Source of the DNA: an uncultured Clostridia bacterium
Lineage (GTDB): Bacteria; Bacillota; Clostridia; TANB77; CAG-508
Direction: 5' to 3'
Assembly (NCBI GenBank): GCA_949388605.1
Contig: CASKJV010000001.1
Coordinates: 114,352-154,351, forward strand
DNA length: 40,000 nt
Both the position numbers and the translations under genes were made by a program. Under the pieces are notes generated by a model. That model made no database searches and had not been told where the DNA came from. It saw nothing but the letters and a program-made list of their open reading frames with translations. This document shows positions 29,626 through 37,404 of this stretch, one piece after another. The stretch's first letter is position 1. The number at the start of each line of letters is the position of its first letter.

Positions 29626-30237
29626 ATGGATAGTCAAAGACAATTAGATAATATTTTTCTATCTTATAACAAGATACTGAAAAGATTAAAAGACAGTAAT
29701 GTTAAAACTAAAAACAACAAAGAAATTACACATAAGGATTTAAGACTGGCTGTAGCAACTATGTTAAAAAAACATCCTAACTGTAGATGGCAAAGTGATA
29801 AAATTAAAAGTAAAAGATATTTTATTTTAATAGAGGGATATTTATGGATTAGATATGTATATTTTGAAAAAGAAAGAACCTTAATTGATGCTGATATTGA
29901 ATTTTTTGAAAATCGAATTAAAGAATATGAAAAACTATTAGATGTAAAATCTAAAAGTTTATTTAATGAAGATATATATGTGAAACAATTAGAAACATAT
30001 TTTAATAGAGCAAAACCAACAATAAAAAAGGCTATTTTAAAAATGGTAAAAGAAAATAGTAGTTATAGATATATTGAAAATGGTGAATTTGTAATTTCTA
30101 AAAAAGGAATAGAGTGGCTATCTAAAAATTGTTTTAAGCAAAAGTATTTGGAACTGTTAGAACAATATAAAATGAAACTAACAGAGCAATATATTAAAGC
30201 TGGATACATATATGATAACTTTTTTTATCTAAATTAG
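29626..30237 (+). CDS. Hypothetical basic protein (possible DNA-binding accessory factor)
   Basis: ATG after GAGGTGG. K/R-rich. No motif recognised. Confidence 0.55.
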   Translation: MDSQRQLDNIFLSYNKILKRLKDSNVKTKNNKEITHKDLRLAVATMLKKHPNCRWQSDKIKSKRYFILIEGYLWIRYVYFEKERTLIDADIEFFENRIKEYEKLLDVKSKSLFNEDIYVKQLETYFNRAKPTIKKAILKMVKENSSYRYIENGEFVISKKGIEWLSKNCFKQKYLELLEQYKMKLTEQYIKAGYIYDNFFYLN

Positions 30238-30246
30238 AAAAAGGGG

Positions 30247-30275
30247 CTGACAAAATATTATTTTTACGTTATACC
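30247..30275 (+). promoter_or_regulatory. Possible sigma-A-type promoter
   Basis: CTGACA, 17-nt spacer, TATACC. Both hexamers are imperfect. Confidence 0.3.
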
Positions 30276-30328
30276 CTGTAATGATGATCGATTATTAAAT
30301 TTTAAAGTAATTACTTTTTCATTAGGAG

Positions 30329-30670
30329 GTGAGGCATATATCAAAATTTATTGAACATCGAGATACAATAGTTGCATTATTAGAACTTATAACAAAAATT
30401 GATATTTCAAATGAAGATAAGCAGAAAATTTATGATGCTATTATGAATATGCAAAGTAAAACTACAACACAAAAAGATAGATTTACACGATATATTGGAG
30501 TAAAGCCAAAAGAATTTAAAAAAGAAACATATAAAGAAATTGCAGAATCTTATGGATGTTCTATATCTGCAATTAGATGTTCTGTATATTCAACACAATC
30601 TGGATTATATCGTATTCAAGATGATGGTTATGTAGTATTAGAAAAAATTTACAAGAAATATCAACAATAA
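30329..30670 (+). CDS. Small sigma-70 region-4-like HTH protein
   Basis: YKEIAESYGCSISAIRCSVYSTQSGL HTH. The start is uncertain because the tracked GTG overlaps the AGGAGG; an in-frame ATA at 30338 has ideal spacing. Confidence 0.55.
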   Translation: MRHISKFIEHRDTIVALLELITKIDISNEDKQKIYDAIMNMQSKTTTQKDRFTRYIGVKPKEFKKETYKEIAESYGCSISAIRCSVYSTQSGLYRIQDDGYVVLEKIYKKYQQ

Positions 30671-30679
30671 AATAATTAA

Positions 30680-30731
30680 AATAATAATATTATTATTGAG
30701 TTAGAAGTGAGAATTTTATGTTCTTGCTTCT
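30680..30731. promoter_or_regulatory. Candidate oriT inverted repeats immediately upstream of mobC
   Basis: Perfect 18-bp palindrome AATAATAATATTATTATT (30680-30697). Imperfect inverted repeat AGAAGTGAGAA(30703)/TTCTTGCTTCT(30721) with a 7-nt loop. Confidence 0.4.
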
Positions 30732-30756
30732 TATTTTTATAGAAAGGGATGATAAA

Positions 30757-31194
30757 ATGGAGTTAAATGCAAAACAGAGAAGGGAAAGTATAAAAGTCTG
30801 GTTATCAAAAGAAGAACGAACGTTAGTAGAGGCAAAAGCTGAATACTATGGATATAAAAGATTAGCACCTTATGTTAGAGATGCAGTAATCTATGAAAAT
30901 GTTACTTATGTTGATTTGAAAAATAAAGAAGAATTATATAAAGCATATTCAGAAAATACTGAACAATTAAAAAAGATTGCAAAAGGAGTAAGGCATATAA
31001 GCAAGTATGCAACACAATTATCTAGTGAAGATTTAAAAAAATTAACGAATACAATGTTTGGCATATTAAATAATCAAAAAACTATGATGAAACTTATTGA
31101 TGAAAAACTTGATTTAGATGTATGGAAACAAGTAAATCATACAAAACTTGAAGAACTGGAGGACAAAAAGCAATGCCAGTTACAAAAAGGTTAG
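30757..31194 (+). CDS. mobC: MobC-type relaxosome accessory protein (ribbon-helix-helix)
   Basis: RRESIKVWLSKEERTLVEAKAEYYGYKRLAPYVRDAV pattern. Overlaps the relaxase start. Confidence 0.75.
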   Translation: MELNAKQRRESIKVWLSKEERTLVEAKAEYYGYKRLAPYVRDAVIYENVTYVDLKNKEELYKAYSENTEQLKKIAKGVRHISKYATQLSSEDLKKLTNTMFGILNNQKTMMKLIDEKLDLDVWKQVNHTKLEELEDKKQCQLQKG

Positions 31195-32807
31195 CACATT
31201 TGGGTTCTCCTAAAAATTTAATTGAATATATACTTGATGAAAAAAATAATGGTGAAAAAGTTGGATATAGTAGTTCTCTAAATTGTAATGTTGCAACAGC
31301 ACTTTATGAATTTAAAGATATTCAAAAAAAGTATAAAATGAAAGGAACTAGAGGAGCCTATCATATTATACAAAGTTTTTCGCCAAAGGATAAGCTAACT
31401 GTAAAACAAGCTAATGAAATTGGATTAAGAATGTGCAAAGAATTATATCCTGATTTCCAATGTATTGTGTCAACTCATATAGATAAAGGACATATACACA
31501 ATCACGTATGTATAAATGCAATAAACTTAAAAGGAAGAAAATTAGAAGATAGACTTGCAAATGAAAAGGAAGGACTTTATGGAGTAAGTGATACAAGTGA
31601 TAGAATTGCAGCCGAATATGGCTGCTTTATTATGCCTAGAAAAACATATCTAAAATCTAAAAACAGTCAAGATGATTATTATCAATATAAGGAACAATCT
31701 TGGAAAGAACAAATTGGAGAGTGTTTAGAAAAACTTATTCCAAAATGTAATAGTATTGAAGAATTATTGGATGAATTATCTATTTTAGGTTATGAAATCA
31801 GAAGGGGAAAACATATTTCAGTTAAATGTCTAGGTATGCAAAGATATGCAAGGATAGATACAATAAATATAAAGTATTCTACTAGCAATTTATATAAATT
31901 ATATAGGGAAAGAGATAAAGTAAAATTATTATCTATAAAAACAGAACAAAATGAATTTAATTCAATCTTATTACAAAAAGCAAATGAATCTAAAATTGCT
32001 ATCGAAAAAAGTCAGTTGCAAACTAAAGGAAAAGTTTATAATGAATATCAAATAACAAAATACCAAGAAATACAACGATATTATAAATTAAAACAACAAT
32101 TAGAATATTTAGATAAGTATAATATTAGAGATTTTAATGATATTGAAAGAGAAATATCAATTAAAAGAGGTCAGATAAAATCAAAAAATGTTGAAATGAA
32201 AAAGAATCAAGAAAAATTTAATAAAATTCTTAAAACTACAGAAATGGCAAATGACTATATTAGACTTTATACAGTATATGAATATGCAAATTTTTATAAA
32301 GAACAAGATAAAGATTATATTTTACCAAAGGAAGTAGAAATATTTTTAAATATACAGAAAAAATTGAATATTTTTTCTGTTGATGAAGCAAAGCAATTAA
32401 TTAAAGATTCAAGAACAGAACGAATAAGAATAAATAAACAAAGAAAAGAGGTATTGGAACTTCAAAGAGAACTTAATCATTTAGAAACTATAAAAGAAGA
32501 AAAATTATCAAGTAGTGGATTATATATACACAATATCAAATTTGGTGGAAATAAAATAGACTACAAAAATTCAAATGATAGCGAGTATTGTATAAATTTA
32601 CCTTATACAAACTTCAAAATACATATAGATAAAAAATTTACTGCTTATAATGAGAAATATCAGTTTTATACATTATATTTAGTAGATGATAAAGAATACG
32701 AACTATATGATAAAGACAATCAAAAACTTGGAATGGCAAAGGGAACAGATTTAGAAAAACTTGTTTTAGAAAAGAAAAAAGAGATTGATTCATTATATAG
32801 TAAATAA
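31173..32807 (+). CDS. Relaxase (MobA/VirD2-type relaxase/mobilisation nuclease domain) with a long coiled-coil C-terminus
   Basis: YHIIQSFSP and the histidine triad THIDKGHIHNHVCINAINL. Confidence 0.85.
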   Translation: MPVTKRLAHLGSPKNLIEYILDEKNNGEKVGYSSSLNCNVATALYEFKDIQKKYKMKGTRGAYHIIQSFSPKDKLTVKQANEIGLRMCKELYPDFQCIVSTHIDKGHIHNHVCINAINLKGRKLEDRLANEKEGLYGVSDTSDRIAAEYGCFIMPRKTYLKSKNSQDDYYQYKEQSWKEQIGECLEKLIPKCNSIEELLDELSILGYEIRRGKHISVKCLGMQRYARIDTINIKYSTSNLYKLYRERDKVKLLSIKTEQNEFNSILLQKANESKIAIEKSQLQTKGKVYNEYQITKYQEIQRYYKLKQQLEYLDKYNIRDFNDIEREISIKRGQIKSKNVEMKKNQEKFNKILKTTEMANDYIRLYTVYEYANFYKEQDKDYILPKEVEIFLNIQKKLNIFSVDEAKQLIKDSRTERIRINKQRKEVLELQRELNHLETIKEEKLSSSGLYIHNIKFGGNKIDYKNSNDSEYCINLPYTNFKIHIDKKFTAYNEKYQFYTLYLVDDKEYELYDKDNQKLGMAKGTDLEKLVLEKKKEIDSLYSK

Positions 32808-32822
32808 TTAAACACAAAATTC

Positions 32823-32850
32823 GCTCCAGATTAAATTCTGGGGCTTTTTT
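32823..32850 (+). terminator. Rho-independent terminator after the relaxase gene
   Basis: GCTCCAGA-ttaaat-TCTGGGGC (one G-U pair) followed by TTTTTT. Confidence 0.65.
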
Positions 32851-32874
32851 CGTGTGCAAAGGAGGAATTACATT

Positions 32875-34344
32875 ATGTTAAAATTATTAAGCCTATTTAC
32901 AGGAATTGGAGCTTTTGAAAAAGCATTAGAAAGATTAAATGTAGATTATGAGTTAGTAGGATTTTCAGAAATAGATAAGTATGCTATTAAGAGTTATTGT
33001 GCTATTCATAATGTACCAGAAAATAAAAATTTAGGAGATGTAACAAAGATAGAAATTGATAAAATACCAGATTTTGATCTTATGAGTTGGGGATTTCCGT
33101 GTCAAGATATATCAATAGCTGGTAGAATGGAGGGAATTAAAGAAGGGACTAGAAGCGGGTTGTATTATGAAGGATATAAAATATTGAAAGCTAAAATGCC
33201 TAAAATTAGCATTATTGAAAATGTTAAGAATTTGACAAGTCAAAGATTCAAAGAACAATTTGAATCAATATTAAATGATATATCAGAACTTGGATATAAT
33301 AATTATTGGAAAGTATTAAATGCTAAAGATTATGGAGTTCCACAAAACCGAGAAAGAGTTTTTATAGTTTCTATTCGTAAGGATATTGATAAAAATGATT
33401 TTACTTTTCCATCTCCAGTAACATTAGTTTTAAAACTTAAAGATATTTTAGAAGATAAAGTAGATGATAAATTTTATTTAACAGAAAATGGAATAGGAAG
33501 GTTAATTAAGAAAAATAATAAACTATTAAAAGATTATCAAAATCCTAATATTAGTTCTTGTCTTATTGCAGGTTATCACAAAATGAGTGGTAATCAAAAT
33601 CAATATATTGCAGAATCTAATAATGTTGAAAGAGTAACGGGATTGTTTGATACGGAAAAGTCAAAGCATCAAGCAGGAAGTGTATATAATCCAAATGGAA
33701 TATCACCTACACTAACTACTATGAATAATGGAGGACACAAACAACCTTATATTCTTGTTAGAGAAGGAACTAAAAAAGGATATACAGAGGCTAGAGAAGG
33801 TGATTCAATAAATTATTCGTATCCTAATAGTACAACAAAGCGAGGCAGAGTTGGAAAAGAAGTATCACAAACAATTTTAACTTCACCTAGCATGGCAACA
33901 GTTATTGAAACACCAAAACCTATATGTTTGAATAATAGTGAAAAACAACCAAGTGTGCAAGATAGAATTTATGATACAGAAGGAATTGCAACTGCTGTTA
34001 CTGCAAGTCAATTTAGACCAAGCATTTCAGAAAGAAAAATGTTTAATCCATATAATAAAAAAGAAATTACAGACATAGCACCTACCCAAACAACAACTTG
34101 TGGAAATACCAGTTCTAGTGCAGCAGTATTGATTTCAGAAGATGGAAATCACTTTATGAAAATACGAAAACTCACACCTCTTGAATGTTGGAGATTAATG
34201 GGATTTGCAGATTCGGATTTCAATAAGGCAAAATCTGTAGGAATATCAGACACACAATTATATAGACAAGCTGGAAATAGTATAGTAGTTAATGTTTTAG
34301 AGGCAATATTTAAGAATTTGCTTAACAATGAAAATAATTTGTAA
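32875..34344 (+). CDS. DNA (cytosine-5)-methyltransferase with an unusually long variable/target-recognition region
   Basis: Motifs LFTGIGAF (I), GFPCQDIS (IV), ENVKNL (VI), QNRERVF (VIII), RKLTPLECWRLMGF (IX) and QAGNSIVVNVL (X). About 270 aa separate motifs VIII and IX. ATG at 32875 follows AAGGAGG. Confidence 0.9.
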   Translation: MLKLLSLFTGIGAFEKALERLNVDYELVGFSEIDKYAIKSYCAIHNVPENKNLGDVTKIEIDKIPDFDLMSWGFPCQDISIAGRMEGIKEGTRSGLYYEGYKILKAKMPKISIIENVKNLTSQRFKEQFESILNDISELGYNNYWKVLNAKDYGVPQNRERVFIVSIRKDIDKNDFTFPSPVTLVLKLKDILEDKVDDKFYLTENGIGRLIKKNNKLLKDYQNPNISSCLIAGYHKMSGNQNQYIAESNNVERVTGLFDTEKSKHQAGSVYNPNGISPTLTTMNNGGHKQPYILVREGTKKGYTEAREGDSINYSYPNSTTKRGRVGKEVSQTILTSPSMATVIETPKPICLNNSEKQPSVQDRIYDTEGIATAVTASQFRPSISERKMFNPYNKKEITDIAPTQTTTCGNTSSSAAVLISEDGNHFMKIRKLTPLECWRLMGFADSDFNKAKSVGISDTQLYRQAGNSIVVNVLEAIFKNLLNNENNL

Positions 34345-34419
34345 AATATGTTTATAATAATAGAAAAAAATAAGATAATATGATATACTTGCAATAGTTT
34401 ATAAAATTTAAGGAGAAAC

Positions 34420-35643
34420 ATGATGATAGAAAATCAAAATATAGAATTTAAAGAAGTGTGGAAAGATAAAAGATACTTTGGGAATACTTACAGAAGTAAA
34501 GCTAGAAGTAGAGAATAATTTACAATATATTACTATAAAGATAGATAAATATCCAATTCCTATAAGTTATCATGGAAAATTTTATTTGAGAAGTGGGCGA
34601 AGCAATCACGAGGCAACACCATCAGAATATGATAGACTATTATTAGAAAAGTTTGGAAAAACATGGGATGCAATGCAAATTCCAAATGTTAAGGTTGAAG
34701 ATTTAGATAAAGAATCTATAGAAAGATTTAAAAAATTGGCAGTAGAGAATAAAAGGCTGAAACAGGAAGATGTTAATATTGATGACAAGAGCTTACTAGA
34801 AAACTTAAAATTATATGAGAATGGTTATTTAACTACTTCTGCAATACTATTATTTCATAATGATCCAGAAAAGTGGATACCTGGTGCATATACAAAAATA
34901 GGATTTTTTGAAGAAGGTGATGCTAACCTAAAATATCAAGATGAGATACATGGTTCTTTAATATATCAAGCAGAAAAGATTGTAGATATGTTATATTCAA
35001 AATATTTGAAGGCTTATATTTCTTTTAATGGTATGCAGAGAGTGGATGAATATATCCTACCTGAAACGGCAGCACGTGAGATAATTTATAATTTTTTGCA
35101 ACATAAGGCATATAATATTGCTATTCCAGTACAAATAAAAGTATATGATGATTATCTTTATATTTGGAATCCTGGAGAATTACCAGATGGAGTAAAAGAT
35201 ATATTATTTAAAAAACATCCATCAGTACCTAGAAATTTAGCAATCTCACAAACGTTTTTTAGAGCTGGTTTTGTTGAATATTGGGGAAGTGGAATAAAAA
35301 GAATAACAGATGCTTGTAAAGAATATGGTTCGCCCATTCCAGAAATAATAAATGAGGCTGGTGGTGTTGCTGTAAAGTGTAGTCCATCACAAAGCTATTT
35401 AGAAGCAAAAGAAGGCAAAAAGAATGTTTCTATCGCCCAAACATCGCCCAAACTATTGCAGAAAATATTGAAACAGGAATTATAGAACTCATCAAACAAA
35501 ATAATAAAATTACTCAAAATGATATGGCAGCAATACTTAATGTTAGTAGAGATGTTATAAAAAGAAATATAAAGAAATTGAAGGATAATAATGTTATTGA
35601 AAGAGAAGGAAAAAGAAATAATGGTACTTGGAAAATACTATAA
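34420..35643 (+). pseudogene. Decayed AlbA_2/Schlafen-type ATP-binding putative transcriptional regulator with a C-terminal HTH
   Basis: The N-terminal ENQNIEFKEVWKDK start is out of frame with the body (34478..35485) and about 50 aa appear to be missing. An 11-bp tandem duplication separates the body from the HTH tail LIKQNNKITQNDMAAILNVSRDVIKRNIKKL. Confidence 0.75.
35432..35453 (+). repeat. Perfect 11-bp tandem duplication (ATCGCCCAAAC x2) that frameshifts the AlbA_2/HTH gene
   Basis: Read directly from the sequence. Removing one copy joins ...KNVSIAQT to IAENIETGIIELIKQNN... in frame. Confidence 0.9.
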
Positions 35644-35685
35644 TCTAAAAATCTTACAATAAAATTTAATAAAAAATAAAATTAT

Positions 35686-35717
35686 AGCCACTAAATATTG
35701 AAATAGTGGCTTTTTTG
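35686..35717 (+). terminator. Rho-independent terminator
   Basis: AGCCACTA-aatattgaaa-TAGTGGCT followed by TTTTTT. Confidence 0.8.
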
Positions 35718-35727
35718 TGCATTTTAC

Positions 35728-35756
35728 TTTACATATTTTACATAATGTGTTAAAAT
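35728..35756 (+). promoter_or_regulatory. Sigma-A-type promoter (extended -10) for the CYTH-LysR genes
   Basis: TTTACA, 17-nt spacer, TAAAAT, with TGT immediately upstream of the -10. Confidence 0.6.
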
Positions 35757-35787
35757 TAAAGGGTAATATTTTAAGGTGTGATATATA

Positions 35788-36381
35788 ATGAATGAAATAA
35801 CAGTCAAAATGAATTGTTCTATAAAAGAGATGATAGATATATTAGAGAATAAAGGCTTTGAAATAATTGATAAATATTTAATGGATGACATATATTATAT
35901 TCCAGAAAATATAAAGATACATGAATTATCTATAACAGAAATATTAAATTCTTGTATATTATTAAGAAATATCAAGCAATATGAGCCAAAACAATTTATA
36001 AATAGCCACAATATCATAAAAATAACATATAAGAACAAAAATATTGCATCAAATGGAGATATTATAAGCCAAGAAAAATATGATTGTGAAATAAAAGACT
36101 TACAACAAGGAAAAGAATTATTAAAGGCTATAAAATATAAAGAATTAATGAACATTAGAGAAGATGACATTGTATATGAAAAAGCTGGATTAGAAATTTC
36201 GATAAAAGATATAGAAGATGGCGAAAATCTAATAGAAATTGAATTAAATGAAAAATTCGCTTCAATAGATAAAGTAAAACAAAAGATCAATGAAATAAAT
36301 ATACCAATAGATAAAAGCAATTTCTTTGTAAAGAAAGCTGAAATTGAGTTAAAAAGAGTATTGGAGATTTATAATGATTGA
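35788..36381 (+). CDS. CYTH-domain protein (class IV adenylyl cyclase/triphosphatase-like)
   Basis: N-terminal EITVKM and C-terminal ENLIEIEL flank a region of about 150 aa, consistent with the CYTH EXEXK...EIE pattern. Recognised from motifs only. Confidence 0.55.
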   Translation: MNEITVKMNCSIKEMIDILENKGFEIIDKYLMDDIYYIPENIKIHELSITEILNSCILLRNIKQYEPKQFINSHNIIKITYKNKNIASNGDIISQEKYDCEIKDLQQGKELLKAIKYKELMNIREDDIVYEKAGLEISIKDIEDGENLIEIELNEKFASIDKVKQKINEINIPIDKSNFFVKKAEIELKRVLEIYND

Positions 36382-37274
36382 TGTAAATAATGTAAACTTA
36401 AACTTATTAAGGTTTTTTATAGTTGCAGCAGAATCTAAAAGTATTGCAGAGGCAGGAGAGAAGTCAGGATATTCTCATTCTACAGTATCTGCAAATATTA
36501 GCACACTTGAAAACCAATTTGGAGTAAAACTTTTTACAAGAAAACCTTTGAGGTTAACTGATGTAGGAAAAGAAATATACGAAACAGTAAAACATGGATT
36601 TATGGATATTGACTTTGCTATGCTTATAGCAGATTCAAAAAACAATATAGAATGTGGTAGTCTATCTATAGGATGCCCAAGCCATATCGTAGAATTTTAT
36701 TTGATGGATAGAATTGAAAAGGCAACAAAAGATTATCCTAATCTTAAAATAAACCTAGATACTTCCTATGAATGTGAAAATTTGATTGAGGCTGTAAAAG
36801 AAAATAAAATTGATTTTGCTATATTAGACAGAATACCAAGTCAATACGAAAAGGATATAGAAGTTAAAGAAATAAAAAAGAGCGATTACATATTTATAGC
36901 AGATAAAGAAATAACAATTAAAGATGTAAAGGAATTAGAAAATTATAAATATGTATTATCTGGAGAACAAAGATCTAATACAATAAAGCTATCAAAAATA
37001 TTGAAACAATATGATGTAGAACTTGATGTTAGATTAAGATGTCGGACTAACCGAGCAAAGAACTAATGCAGCAAAGTCTGGTATTGGAGTTGCTTATGTT
37101 TTAAGAGAGGCAGCAAAAAAATCTTTAGAAAAAGGCGAAGTGTATGAAGTAAAATTGCCAAAAATGATAAAATTACCAGAGGTTAGTTTAGATTTAGTAT
37201 ATGTAAAAGGTCATTTAACAAAGGTTGATAAAGAATTTATAAAAAAATATATAGTAGGAGAGGATTCAAACTAA
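36374..37274 (+). CDS. LysR-family transcriptional regulator, intact only with a +1 shift at the CGG codon at 37043
   Basis: N-terminal HTH LNLLRFFIVAAESKSIAEAGEKSGYSHSTVSANISTLENQFGVKLFTR. Corrected junction RLRC-G-LTEQRTNAAKSGIGVAYVLREAA restores the C-terminal substrate-binding domain. Confidence 0.8.
37040..37046 (+). other. Candidate +1 recoding heptamer TGT-CGG-A (LysR)
   Basis: In-phase CGG. The +1 frame restores the LysR C-terminal domain through to 37274. Confidence 0.55.
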
Positions 37275-37291
37275 AAATGAATCTTCTTTTT
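37260..37291 (+). terminator. Rho-independent terminator after the LysR gene
   Basis: GAGGATTCA-aactaaaaa-TGAATCTTC (9 bp, one G-U pair) followed by TTTT. Confidence 0.6.
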
Positions 37292-37339
37292 AATTAGTAG
37301 AACTTCGGAAAAACTGGCGATACTGTCGGAATTTTGGAA

Positions 37340-37368
37340 TTTACAAACAATATAGACCATAATATAAT
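37340..37368 (+). promoter_or_regulatory. Strong sigma-A-type promoter for the radical SAM gene
   Basis: TTTACA, 17-nt spacer, TATAAT. Two TCGGAA motifs (37305, 37326) lie just upstream of the -35. Confidence 0.65.
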
Positions 37369-37404
37369 TTATATATTCAAATTATACAAGGAGGCATATT
37401 GAAA

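Larger units (their letters stand above)
1..34344. mobile_element. Segment of a Gram-positive-type conjugative element (plasmid or ICE; neither end, replication initiator nor integrase is in the window)
   Basis: Co-directional genes for a wall-anchored adhesin, primase, VirD4-like T4CP, Maff2, VirB6-like, PrgI-like, VirB4, NlpC/P60 hydrolase, ArdA, MobC and a relaxase. Confidence 0.8.

Noticed and set aside
21248-34344. The two methyltransferases as parts of complete restriction-modification systems.
   Set aside because: Neither has an adjacent ORF with endonuclease-like motifs. The neighbours are hypothetical acidic proteins, the relaxase and a decayed HTH regulator, so both are treated as orphan MTases.
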